Positions 10,153 through 19,674 of a stretch of DNA of 24,454 nucleotides are shown piece after piece. The position numbers and the translations under genes were made by a program. Within the stretch, counting starts at the first letter, position 1; the number at the start of each line of letters is the position of its first letter. This stretch comes from Tubiluchus corallicola. Lineage: Eukaryota; Animalia; Priapulida. The notes under the pieces were generated by a model that worked only from the letters and a program-made list of their open reading frames with translations, was not told where the DNA came from and did no database searches. Where the stretch lies: assembly GCA_030141605.1 (NCBI GenBank), contig JAQGDQ010002473.1, positions 1 to 24,454 on the forward strand, read 5' to 3'.

Positions 10153-10344
10153 ATGCCAAATCCAAAACGACGACATTCGAAAACGAGAAGAGACAAAAGA
10201 AGAACCCATTACAAGTTGCACGAAAAAGCACTGTTTGTTTGTCCCACAACAAAAGAGCCCCATTTGCCACATAGAGCATTTTGGCATGAAGGGAAATTGT
10301 ATTATAAAGGACAAATAGTGATGGAAAAAAATCAACAAGACTAA
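10153..10344 (+). CDS. rpmF: 50S ribosomal protein L32
   Basis: MPNPKRRHSKTRRDKRRTHYK...HLPHRA...YYKG is the bL32 signature. Follows yceD. Confidence 0.96.
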   Translation: MPNPKRRHSKTRRDKRRTHYKLHEKALFVCPTTKEPHLPHRAFWHEGKLYYKGQIVMEKNQQD

Positions 10345-10440
10345 AACACATTTTATTTTTTGACTAAATAAGTAATGCAAAAGCACTACATTTAGCTATA
10401 ATTTTTAGAATGTGCATAGTAAAATATTAAATATGATAAA

Positions 10441-11421
10441 ATGTTAGCCGCAATAACAGGAATAAGTGCATACGTGCCTGAGTACGTTTTAACAAACCAA
10501 GAATTAGAACAAATTGTAGCCACATCAGACGAGTGGATAACGACAAGAACAGGAATAAAAGAAAGAAGAATATTAAAAGGAGAAATGCAAGGCTCTTCAG
10601 TAATGGGAGCAGAAGCTGTAAAGAAATTATTAGAGAAAACTAATACAGATCCCCAAACAATAGACTTGATTATTTGCAGTACTGTTACCCCAGATATGGT
10701 TTTTCCTGCTACTGCCAACATTATTTCTCATAAAGCTAATCTAAATAATGCTTTTGGCTTTGACATGAACGCCGCTTGTTCGGGCTTTATTTATGCTCTT
10801 GTTACTGGCTCTCAATATATAGAAACAGGTAAATATAAAAAAGTAATTGTTGTAGGAGCAGACAAAATGTCTTCAATAGTAGACTATTCTGATAGGTCTA
10901 CATGTATTTTGTTCGGTGATGGTGCTGGCGCTGTGTTATTAGAACCCAATTTTGAAAACAATGGCATAATAGACTCCATATCAAAATCTGATGGGGCAGG
11001 AGGGCCATATTTGCATATGAAAGCAGGAGGAAGCCAAAAACCCGCCTCACATCAAACTGTTGATGCTAAGGAACACTATCTGTATCAAGAGGGAAATACA
11101 GTTTTTAAAACAGCAATTTTAAAAATGGCAGATATTGCAGAAGAAATAGCTAAAAAGAACAACCTAACCAATAATGATATAGACTGGCTTATTTCACATC
11201 AAGCCAATAAAAGAATAATATCGGCAGCAGTAGATAGATTGGGAATAAACGAAAAAAAATCGTTATATTCCATTGAAAAATATGGAAACACAACGTCAGC
11301 AAGCATTCCATTAACGATTTGTATGCATGAAGATAAATTAAAAAAAGGACATAAAATAATACTTTCTGCTTTTGGTGGAGGTTTTACATGGGGATCCGTA
11401 TACTTAAAATGGGCAGTATAA
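10441..11421 (+). CDS. fabH: Beta-ketoacyl-ACP synthase III
   Basis: TSDEWITTRTGIKERR, catalytic Cys in DMNAACSGF, LFGDGAGA, His in SHQAN, Asn in YGNTTSAS, C-terminal FGGGFTWG. Confidence 0.97.
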   Translation: MLAAITGISAYVPEYVLTNQELEQIVATSDEWITTRTGIKERRILKGEMQGSSVMGAEAVKKLLEKTNTDPQTIDLIICSTVTPDMVFPATANIISHKANLNNAFGFDMNAACSGFIYALVTGSQYIETGKYKKVIVVGADKMSSIVDYSDRSTCILFGDGAGAVLLEPNFENNGIIDSISKSDGAGGPYLHMKAGGSQKPASHQTVDAKEHYLYQEGNTVFKTAILKMADIAEEIAKKNNLTNNDIDWLISHQANKRIISAAVDRLGINEKKSLYSIEKYGNTTSASIPLTICMHEDKLKKGHKIILSAFGGGFTWGSVYLKWAV

Positions 11422-11469
11422 TAGAAAAAGTTTTTATATAAGAAAACAAAGATATTTAATACTATAACT

Positions 11470-12036
11470 ATGGCAACGACAAGTGATTTTAGAAATGGAC
11501 TTTGCATAGAGTTTAATAACGATATTTACACTATTGTAGAGTTTCAGCATGTAAAACCAGGAAAGGGAGGAGCTTTTGTAAGAACAAAATTAAAAAGCCT
11601 TAATACAGGAAAAGTGATAGAAAACACTTTTAATGCAGGTGTAAAAGTTACAACAGCACGCATAGAAACTCGCCCACATCAGTTTTTATACAAGGATGAT
11701 CTTGGGTATCACTTTATGGATGCGTCTACATTCGATCAAATCATTCTTCAAGAAGAACAGGTATTAGAGCCCTCTTTGCTCAAAGAAGGACAGGAAGTGA
11801 GTATAGTGGTGCATGCCGAAACAGAGAAAATACTAAGATGTGAGCTTCCTCCTTTTGTAGAACTGAAAATAACATACGCCGAGCCAGGAGTAAAAGGAGA
11901 TACGGCTACTAATGCAACTAAAACAGCTAAATTAGAAACAAATGCAGAAATACAAGTCCCTTTGTTTATTAATGAAGGAGATATAATAAAAATAGACACA
12001 AGAACAAAACAATATTCTGAAAGAGTTAGAAAGTAA
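11470..12036 (+). CDS. efp: Elongation factor P
   Basis: FQHVKPGKGGAFVRTKLK loop, EPGVKGDTAT and VPLFINEGD motifs; 188 aa. Confidence 0.97.
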   Translation: MATTSDFRNGLCIEFNNDIYTIVEFQHVKPGKGGAFVRTKLKSLNTGKVIENTFNAGVKVTTARIETRPHQFLYKDDLGYHFMDASTFDQIILQEEQVLEPSLLKEGQEVSIVVHAETEKILRCELPPFVELKITYAEPGVKGDTATNATKTAKLETNAEIQVPLFINEGDIIKIDTRTKQYSERVRK

Positions 12037-12057
12037 ATAATTTAATTTTCATTTGAT

Positions 12058-12531
12058 ATGAACACAAAGGACATCAAAGACCTTATAAGTTTTATTGCAA
12101 AGGCTAAGCTAGACGTAGTAAACATTGAAACAAAAGACATCAAGTTGAGTGTTAGAAAAACACCTAAACAGGTGGTAGCAAAAACTCAAAAACTTGTAGA
12201 TACCGTGCCTCTTTCTATTGAAAATAGTACGGTTCCACAAGCAGCAGTTGCCCAATCGTCGACTTCCACTCCTTCAAGTGATGAAGAAAAATATGAGAAA
12301 ATAAAATCTCCTATGATTGGCACTTTTTATGCTGCACCTAATCCAGAATCACCTCCATTTGTAAAAGTTGGTGATGTTATAGAAAAAGGACAGACCGTTT
12401 GTGTTGTTGAAGCTATGAAACTATTTAATGACATAGAATCAGACGCGGCAGGTAGAGTCGTCAAAATATTAGTAGACAATGCGACACCTGTAGAATTTGA
12501 TCAACCATTGATACTCGTTGAGCCAGCATAG
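12058..12531 (+). CDS. accB: Acetyl-CoA carboxylase biotin carboxyl carrier protein
   Basis: IKSPMIGTFY, biotinylation motif VEAMKLFN, PVEFDQPL. Adjacent to accC. Confidence 0.96.
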   Translation: MNTKDIKDLISFIAKAKLDVVNIETKDIKLSVRKTPKQVVAKTQKLVDTVPLSIENSTVPQAAVAQSSTSTPSSDEEKYEKIKSPMIGTFYAAPNPESPPFVKVGDVIEKGQTVCVVEAMKLFNDIESDAAGRVVKILVDNATPVEFDQPLILVEPA

Positions 12532-12564
12532 TACATTTTTCAAACAAAACAAAACTATACAACT

Positions 12565-13919
12565 GTGTTTAAAAAAATACTGATAGCTAATAGAGGAGAA
12601 ATAGCTCTAAGAATAATAAGGACCTGTAAGGAAATGGGAATAAAAACTGTGGCAGTATATTCTACAGCAGACAGAGAGAGCCTTCATGTCAAATTTGCCG
12701 ATGAAGCTGTGTGTATAGGTCCCCCCCCTACAGGACAATCTTACATTAAGTTTTCCAATCTAATTGCATCAGCCCAAGTAACCAATGCTGACGCAATACA
12801 TCCAGGATATGGCTTCTTATCAGAGAACGCAGAGTTTTCAAAAGTTTGTGCTGATCATGACATTAAGTTTATAGGAGCTAGCGCTCAAATGATTGCGTCA
12901 GTAGGGGATAAAGCCGCTGCCAAAGAGACCATGAAAAAAGCAGGAGTACCCACCATTCCCGGATCAGATGGAGTATTAACATCTGCAAAAAAAGGACTTA
13001 AAATAGCCAATAAAGTAGGGTATCCCGTAATACTTAAAGCTACCGCAGGAGGAGGAGGACGAGGTATGAGAATGGTTACGAATGATGCAGAATTTAAGAA
13101 AGCGTGGGACTCTGCAAGAATTGAAGCAGAATCAATTTTTGGGAATGAAGAACTTTATTTGGAAAAATTCATAGAGGAGCCTAGACACATAGAAATACAG
13201 ATAATGGGTGACAGGACAGGCAAAGCGTGCCATCTATCAGAGCGAGACTGTTCCATTCAACGAAGGCATCAAAAACTGGTAGAGGAAGCACCATCGCCTA
13301 TACTTGATGATAAATTACGAGAGGCAATGGGAAATGCGGCAATAAAAGTGGCAGAAACAGTAAAATATGAAGGTGCAGGAACAGTAGAGTTTTTAGTAGA
13401 TAAATATGGGAAGTTTTACTTTATGGAAATGAACACAAGAATACAAGTAGAGCATCCCGTAACAGAGCAAGCAATAGGCTACTTTGATTTGATCGAAGAA
13501 CAAATAAGAATAGCAGCAGGGGAGTTGATTTCAGGAAAAAATTACTACCCCAAAGCATGCTCTATGGAGTGTAGAATTAATGCAGAAGACCCCGCCCATG
13601 ATTTTAGACCATCACCAGGAAAAATTACTACTTTGCATATTCCGGGAGGACTAGGAGTAAGAGTAGATACCATCTATATTCTGGTTATACTATACCCCCT
13701 AGTTATGATAGTATGGTAGCTAAGCTGATTGTTACTGCCCCAACGCGAATGGCATGTATTTTAAGAATGAAACGCGCATTAGAAGAGTTCTACATAGAAG
13801 GTATAAAGACGACTATCCCTTTCCACCTTAAACTAATGGAAAATGAAGAATTTAGAAAAGGCAAGTTTACCACAAAATTTTTAGAAACATTTGACTTTTC
13901 TTCAATAGAGGAAGAATAA
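12565..13919 (+). CDS. accC: Acetyl-CoA carboxylase biotin carboxylase subunit, ~451 aa, one apparent frameshift
   Basis: GTG start; [64 protein letters not shown]. Adding one C at 13670-13671 restores [25 protein letters not shown] and joins ORF 13713..13919. Confidence 0.95.
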
Positions 13920-14017
13920 CTTAGTTTAAATATCGCATTGACATTAGTTATAAGCCTTAAGTACGCTAATTTATTTTTATAGAGCATTGATTTATCTAAT
14001 TGCTAATTCTATATACA

Positions 14018-15247
14018 ATGAAAAAAAGCTATTGTTTCCTTTTGTTACTCTTCTTCACTTATTACTCTTATGCTCAAAAAGGCTCTCTATATGGAGGATA
14101 TGCAGATAGAGAGTTTTTGGGAATTCCATATTATACTTATGGTAAAGGCTTAGGTATGACCACCCCTGACAGTGCCTATCAAATGAACATTCGCTTTAGA
14201 ATGCAAAATAGGGCACAAGTAACTATGCAAGAAAAAGAGATAATTGATGCCAGTGCACTTGTGAGGCGGTTGAGATTGAGGTTGGATGGATTTGTATATT
14301 CTCCTCAGCTTATATATGTTATTCAGCTATCATTTGCCACCAATGATGTAGGTGATGCCGTTGCAGCTAAAAATGTAAACATTATTAGAGATGCCATTAT
14401 CTTTTATAAGCCTAACAAGCATTGGACGTTTGGGTTTGGGCAAACAAAGCTACCGGGTAATAGACAAAGAGTTAATTCTTCTGGTGCATTGCAACTGCCT
14501 GACCGCTCCATAGCAAATTCTACTTTTAATATTGACAGAGATTTTGGGGCACAAGTCTATTATGCAAACCTTACAAAAAATAACTTTGGATTTATATTAA
14601 AGACGGCACTTTCAACAGGAAAAGGAAGAAATTGGACATCTTTTGTTGGAGATGGATGTTCTTATACGGGTAGGGTAGAACTATTTCCATTTGGAAGTTT
14701 TAAAAACAATGGAGTTTATTTTGAAGGTGATTTGGAACGCGAACAAAAACCAAAATTAATGATTGCAGGAACATACTCCCAAAACATAAATGCTATTAGA
14801 ACCCTTGGACAGAGAGGAGAACTGTTGTATCAGTCACGGAATATTAACTCTATTTTTTTTGATGCAATACTAAAATATAAAGGGTTAGCAGTAATGTTAG
14901 ATTATATGATGAGAGAATCGCAAAACCCAATTACAGTAAGTGAACAAAATTCAGATGATGAAGAAAAATATGTAATGACAGGCAGTGGAACTAATGTTCA
15001 GTTAAGTTATAATTTTGTAAATAATTACGAAATTGTAACCAGATATTCAAACGTAACGCCTCATAAAGACATTTGGGATTTAGAACCCAATATGGTAACA
15101 CAATATACCATAGGAGCAAACAAGTATTTGAGGGGGCATAATGTGAAGCTTCAATTTGATGCCACGTATAATATAGAAAAAAACCAAAGAAATCACAATT
15201 CTTCTGATAGTTGGATTTTTCGCATTCAAGTAGAACTTGGAATATAG
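14018..15247 (+). CDS. Outer-membrane porin, phosphate-selective OprO/OprP-like family
   Basis: Likely start ATG 14018 (MKKSYCFLLLLFFTYYSYAQ signal peptide). Arg-rich strands IRFRMQNR and VRRLRLRLDGF, FGQTKLPGNRQRVNSSGALQ, FNIDRDFG, and a beta-barrel C-terminus FRIQVELGI. Substrate is not established from sequence. Confidence 0.78.
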   Translation: MKKSYCFLLLLFFTYYSYAQKGSLYGGYADREFLGIPYYTYGKGLGMTTPDSAYQMNIRFRMQNRAQVTMQEKEIIDASALVRRLRLRLDGFVYSPQLIYVIQLSFATNDVGDAVAAKNVNIIRDAIIFYKPNKHWTFGFGQTKLPGNRQRVNSSGALQLPDRSIANSTFNIDRDFGAQVYYANLTKNNFGFILKTALSTGKGRNWTSFVGDGCSYTGRVELFPFGSFKNNGVYFEGDLEREQKPKLMIAGTYSQNINAIRTLGQRGELLYQSRNINSIFFDAILKYKGLAVMLDYMMRESQNPITVSEQNSDDEEKYVMTGSGTNVQLSYNFVNNYEIVTRYSNVTPHKDIWDLEPNMVTQYTIGANKYLRGHNVKLQFDATYNIEKNQRNHNSSDSWIFRIQVELGI

Positions 15248-15301
15248 CATTGTCAATGTTAGAAATATTTCTTCCTTTTGGCATATAGTTAAATGCTAAA
15301 A

Positions 15302-15374
15302 GTGACACGTTTGTTTTAAATATCCAAAAAACATGTCATTTTGTCACAACAATTAATCTTGGCATAGGCATTGA
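15302..15374 (+). promoter_or_regulatory. Putative sigma54-type (-24/-12) promoter with upstream TGTCA/TGACA boxes for dnaK
   Basis: TTGGCATAGGCATTGA at 15359-15374 is GG-N10-GA against the consensus TGGCAC-N5-TTGC. GTGACA at 15302-15307; TGTCA at 15334-15338 and 15342-15346. No TAnnTTTG box seen in this intergenic region. Confidence 0.5.
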
Positions 15375-15429
15375 TAATACTTACTATAAAATAGTTGAAC
15401 AAAAATATAAAAGAATAAAAAATCAAATT

Positions 15430-17337
15430 ATGGGAAAAATTATAGGAATAGACTTAGGTACCACTAACTCGTGTGTAGCTGTTATGGAAGGAAATGAACC
15501 AGTCGTAATACCGAACAGTGAAGGAAGGAGAACAACACCTTCGGTAGTAGCGTTTCTTGACAAAGGAGAAAGAAAAGTAGGAGATCCTGCCAAAAGACAA
15601 GCCATTACCAACCCTAAAAAAACTATAAGCTCTGTTAAAAGATTTATGGGAAAGCGATATTCTGAAGTAACAGAAGAACGCAAACATACTTCTTATGCTA
15701 TAGAAAAAGGGAGTAATGACACTGTAAGAATTCGTATAGACGACAGACTGTACACTGCACAAGAAATTTCTGCTATGATATTACAAAAAATGAAAACTAC
15801 AGCAGAAGAGTTTTTAGGTACAACAGTAAAAGAAGCAGTAGTTACTGTACCTGCGTATTTTAACGACGCAGAAAGGCAAGCCACTAAAGAGGCAGGTCAA
15901 ATAGCAGGATTGGAAGTGAAAAGAATTATCAATGAGCCAACGGCTGCAGCACTTGCATACGGATTGGACAAAAAACACAAAGACCTAAAAATTGCAGTGT
16001 ATGATTTAGGAGGTGGAACATTTGATATCTCCATATTAGAATTGGGAGAAGGTGTATTTGAAGTGAAATCTACTAATGGAGATGTGCATTTGGGAGGAGA
16101 CGATTTTGATTCTACCATCATTGATTGGCTTGCAGATGAATTTCAAAAGGATGAAGGAATAGACTTAAGAAAAGATCCTATGGCGTTGCAGCGTTTGAAA
16201 GAAGCAGCAGAAAAAGCTAAAATAGAGCTTTCAAGTTCTTCTACAACAGAAATCAACTTACCATATGTGATGCCAGTAGATGGAGTTCCAAAACACCTTG
16301 TGAAAAAACTTTCAAGAGCAAAATTTGAGCAATTAACGCACAATTTAGTACAAAGAACAATTGAACCTTGTAAAAAAGCGTTGCAAGATGCAGGCTTGAC
16401 AAAACAAGAGATAGATGAAGTGATTTTAGTAGGAGGATCAACAAGAATACCGAAAATTCAAGAAGAAGTTGAAAAATTCTTTGGAAAACGACCCTCAAAA
16501 GGAGTAAACCCTGATGAAGTGGTAGCTATCGGTTCTTCAATTCAAGGAGGAGTTCTTACAGGAGAGGTGAAAGATGTGTTACTCCTTGACGTTACTCCAC
16601 TCTCTTTGGGAATAGAAACATTAGGCTCTGTGTTTACTAAATTAATAGAATCAAACACAACCATTCCAACGAGGAAATCTGAAGTGTTTTCTACTGCTGT
16701 TGATAGCCAGCCGTCAGTAGAGATTCATGTATTGCAAGGGGAAAGACCTATGGCAAAAGATAATAGAACAATAGGACGGTTTCATTTAGATGGAATTCCG
16801 CCTGCCCCAAGGGGAGTTCCTAAAATAGAAGTAGTATTTGATATTGATGCTAGTGGAATATTGAATGTGTCGGCAAAAGATCAAGGTACAGGTAAGGAGC
16901 AGCGAATACGCATAGAAGCTTCTTCAGGGTTGACAGAGGAGGAAATTGAAAAGATGAAAAAAGAAGCAGAGGCTAACGCAGAAGCTGATAAAGGAGAAAG
17001 AGAAAAAATAGATAAATTGAATGCAGCAGACTCGCTTATTTTCCAAACAGAAAAACAACTAAAAGAGTTTGGAGATAAAATTTCTGAAAATAACAAAGCA
17101 AATGTAGAAAAAGCTTTAGAGCAATTGAAGACAGCATTTCAGGCAAAAGATGTCTCTGCTATTGATGCGGCAACAGAACAGCTAAATAGCTCTTGGCAAG
17201 CTGCTTCGCAAGAAATGTATGCTGCTGGTGCAGGTGGAAATGCTCAGCAAGAGTCATCACAACAGCAGCCGGAAGGAGGAGAAGAGAAAAAGAGCGGTGA
17301 AGATGTTGCAGATGTAGATTATGAAGAAGTAAAGTAA
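15430..17337 (+). CDS. dnaK: Molecular chaperone DnaK (Hsp70)
   Basis: [52 protein letters not shown]; C-terminal DVDYEEVK; intact 635 aa. Confidence 0.99.
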   Translation: MGKIIGIDLGTTNSCVAVMEGNEPVVIPNSEGRRTTPSVVAFLDKGERKVGDPAKRQAITNPKKTISSVKRFMGKRYSEVTEERKHTSYAIEKGSNDTVRIRIDDRLYTAQEISAMILQKMKTTAEEFLGTTVKEAVVTVPAYFNDAERQATKEAGQIAGLEVKRIINEPTAAALAYGLDKKHKDLKIAVYDLGGGTFDISILELGEGVFEVKSTNGDVHLGGDDFDSTIIDWLADEFQKDEGIDLRKDPMALQRLKEAAEKAKIELSSSSTTEINLPYVMPVDGVPKHLVKKLSRAKFEQLTHNLVQRTIEPCKKALQDAGLTKQEIDEVILVGGSTRIPKIQEEVEKFFGKRPSKGVNPDEVVAIGSSIQGGVLTGEVKDVLLLDVTPLSLGIETLGSVFTKLIESNTTIPTRKSEVFSTAVDSQPSVEIHVLQGERPMAKDNRTIGRFHLDGIPPAPRGVPKIEVVFDIDASGILNVSAKDQGTGKEQRIRIEASSGLTEEEIEKMKKEAEANAEADKGEREKIDKLNAADSLIFQTEKQLKEFGDKISENNKANVEKALEQLKTAFQAKDVSAIDAATEQLNSSWQAASQEMYAAGAGGNAQQESSQQQPEGGEEKKSGEDVADVDYEEVK

Positions 17338-17378
17338 GCTTTGTTATACAGTTTGCTTATTTAGTTTAAAAAATTGTT

Positions 17379-17430
17379 AGCAATAAAGGAGGGGATTATT
17401 AAAGTTTTTCTCTCTTTTATTGCTTTTTTT
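17379..17430 (+). terminator. Intrinsic terminator after dnaK
   Basis: AGCAATAAAGGAGGGGA pairs with TCTCTCTTTTATTGCT (includes G-U pairs) and is followed by a T7 run, about 40 nt after the stop. Confidence 0.8.
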
Positions 17431-17477
17431 ATAAACATACGTTTCCTTTGCAAAGGTTATATTGATTGCATTTGAAT

Positions 17478-18497
17478 ATGAATGATAATAATATATTAAG
17501 CTTGTGTGAGTTACTATCGACACCCAAAAATAGTAATTACAACACATTACAAGCCTGATGCAGACGCCTTGGGCTCTTCTTTAGCCTTAGCAGGCATTTT
17601 AATAGCAGATAAACACGAAGTAACAGTTATTGTACCATCTGGATATCCTGAGTTTTTGTCTTGGATGAAAGGAAACGAAAAGGTAATAGTTGCTGACGAG
17701 AAGAATGAAAAAGATATAGACAGCTATTTTGCTAAAGCAGATGTGCTTTTTTGCTTGGATTTTAACGGGCTTAATAGGCTGAATATTTTAGAAGATTTTG
17801 CCCGAAAATCAAAGGCAACTAGGGTTTTAATAGACCATCATGTTAACCCTGAAAACTTTGCCAATATAATGTTTTCAGACCCTTCAAAATCGTCTACTTG
17901 TGAATATTTATATGAGATAGTAAAAGCAATGGGCTATGAAAAGTACATAAACAAAGATATAGCAGAGGCATTCTATTCTGGTATAATGACAGATACAGGG
18001 CAGTTTAAGCACTCTAATAGCTCAAAAAGTGCTTATTTAACCTCTATAGCTCTTATGGATTTGGGGGCAGATGTCTCTAGTGTCGCTAATAGAATTTATG
18101 ATTGTAACTCTATAAATAGACTTAAGTTTGTAGGGCATGCTCTTAACCATTGTTTAAACATATTGAAAGGCTACAAAGTGGCCTATTTTTTCTATCTAAA
18201 AATGACTTTGCCAAATTTGCACTAAAACCTGGAGATACAGAGGGATTGGTTAATTATGCTTTGTCGATTAAAGGCGTTCAAGTTGCTGCCTTGATTACAG
18301 ACAAACCTAAAGAGGGAGTAAGAATGTCTTTTCGCTCTAAAGGCAATTTTTCTGTTGCCGAATTTGCCAGTAAATATTTTAATGGAGGAGGACATGTTAA
18401 CGCATCAGGAGCAGCGTCCAGCCTACCTTTGTCTGAAACTGTAAAAAAATTTGAAGAGCTAATAAAAAGCTATTCGGAGTTAAAAGTTGCAGATTGA
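17478..18497 (+). CDS. nrnA: DHH/DHHA1 family phosphoesterase (NrnA-like oligoribonuclease/pAp phosphatase), two apparent frameshifts
   Basis: THYKPDADALGS, CLDFN, LIDHH, SSTCE, GIMTDTGQF, GDTEGLVNYALSI, SFRSKG, GGGHVNASG. Probable start ATG 17478 (MNDNNILSLCELLSTP-K-KIVITTH) with a slip in the A5 run 17526-17530. A second slip in the T6 run 18186-18191 joins ORFs 17506..18225 and 18150..18497. Confidence 0.88.
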
Positions 18498-18522
18498 AAC
18501 TATATTTTTAGCGCTTAGCAAC

Positions 18523-19617
18523 TTATTCGCCTATTACCTTAAAATCCCATTTTTTTCTATTATTATATGCCAAGTATCCATTCTTGACATATAGAGGCGA
18601 AGGAATGTTGTTGTGGTATAAGGCTCCAGTTCCAAGCCCTTGCGGTATTGTGATGTTATGTTTTGCAGTAAATTGAGCAATGGCGTTTAACCCAATGTTG
18701 CTCTCTAATGCAGAAGTGATCCACCAGTTAATTTTTTTTGTATTTGCTAATTCTATCCAATCTTCAGTAGCCCTTAACCCACCTATTAATGAAGGCTTTA
18801 AGACAATAAATTTTGGAGAGACGTAGGAGAGCAGCTTTTCTTTTTCTTCGTATCCATTAATGCCTATTAGCTCTTCATCCAATGCAATAGGGATAGCTGA
18901 TTTTTGGCAAATATATTTTAGTTTTTTTAAGTTTTTGCTCATAATGGGCTGCTCTATAGAATGAATATCATATGGTGCTAACTTATCAATAGTGTTCAGT
19001 GCATGTTTAGTATCAAATGCTCCATTAGCATCCAAACGTAAAGCAATTTGTTTATCAGAAAACTGCTCTCTTATTTGCCTTATTATTTCTATTTCTTCTT
19101 TTAGTTTAATTCCTCCTATTTTAATTTTTATACAAGAGAACCCTTGCTCTATTTTTTGCTCCAACTGTTTCTGCATAAATGATTTATTCCCCATCCAAAT
19201 TAGTCCATTAATAGGGATTTTTTTTTCTTTGAATACAAACGGTGTATCGTACAAAACTTGTTGTTGAGCGCTAAAATAGTCTAATAACGCTGTTTCTATA
19301 CCAAAGCGAATAGCAGGAAATTGTAGAGGAACTGTATCAATAACCCTCTTTATTTCATTGATTTTCAGGCTATTGTTGTTTAAAATTTCTTTAAGCATAT
19401 CACAACATTTTTTAAGAGTAGGCTCAAAAAGTGTTAAATTATCTATGCTCAATCCTTTAATAGGGGCACATTCTCCAATAGCTAATTTGTTGCAATTGTT
19501 ATCATAGATTTTGATAAACCAACAAGGCTTATTTTTCAGCACATCTCTTGATGTTTTAGCTTCAAATTTAAAATTTAGGATATATTTTTGGTATGTAACT
19601 TCTATCATTTTTTTCAT
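18523..19617 (-). CDS. menC: o-succinylbenzoate synthase (enolase superfamily)
   Basis: KIKIG catalytic Lys motif, metal ligands in RLDANG, SIEQP and ALDEE, LKPSLIGG, WWITSALESNIGL, QGLGTGALY. Start ATG 19617 or 19608 is preferred over 19680, which overlaps queA. Confidence 0.88.
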   Translation of the reverse strand: MKKMIEVTYQKYILNFKFEAKTSRDVLKNKPCWFIKIYDNNCNKLAIGECAPIKGLSIDNLTLFEPTLKKCCDMLKEILNNNSLKINEIKRVIDTVPLQFPAIRFGIETALLDYFSAQQQVLYDTPFVFKEKKIPINGLIWMGNKSFMQKQLEQKIEQGFSCIKIKIGGIKLKEEIEIIRQIREQFSDKQIALRLDANGAFDTKHALNTIDKLAPYDIHSIEQPIMSKNLKKLKYICQKSAIPIALDEELIGINGYEEKEKLLSYVSPKFIVLKPSLIGGLRATEDWIELANTKKINWWITSALESNIGLNAIAQFTAKHNITIPQGLGTGALYHNNIPSPLYVKNGYLAYNNRKKWDFKVIGE

Positions 19618-19631
19618 GTAAAATAAATATA

Positions 19632-19652
19632 CAAATTTATATATTATTTTTG
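19632..19652. promoter_or_regulatory. Back-to-back divergent Bacteroidota -7 boxes for menC and queA
   Basis: Minus-strand TAAATTTG at 19639-19632 and plus-strand TATTTTTG at 19645-19652, inside the 57-bp intergenic gap. Confidence 0.55.
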
Positions 19653-19674
19653 TAATTGAAATTAAGTTTTGTTT

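Noticed and set aside
11470-12036. Unusual EF-P modification system
   Set aside because: Ordinary PGKGG Lys-type loop, and no modification enzyme genes in the window.
13660-13720. accC pseudogene or programmed frameshift
   Set aside because: Essential gene with both halves fully conserved and no slippery heptamer. One missing C restores it.
15275-15347. Canonical CIRCE or PHO box upstream of dnaK
   Set aside because: The inverted repeat lacks the TTAGCACTC-N9-GAGTGCTAA sequence and spacing. The TGTCA direct repeats are 8 bp apart rather than the 11-bp PHO period.
15423-17096. Several antisense ORFs inside dnaK
   Set aside because: Well-known antisense open frames caused by Hsp70 codon patterns, with no independent evidence of expression.
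17445-17456. 12-bp palindrome CCTTTGCAAAGG upstream of nrnA
   Set aside because: Single short occurrence with no supporting context; could be chance or part of a -7-like box.
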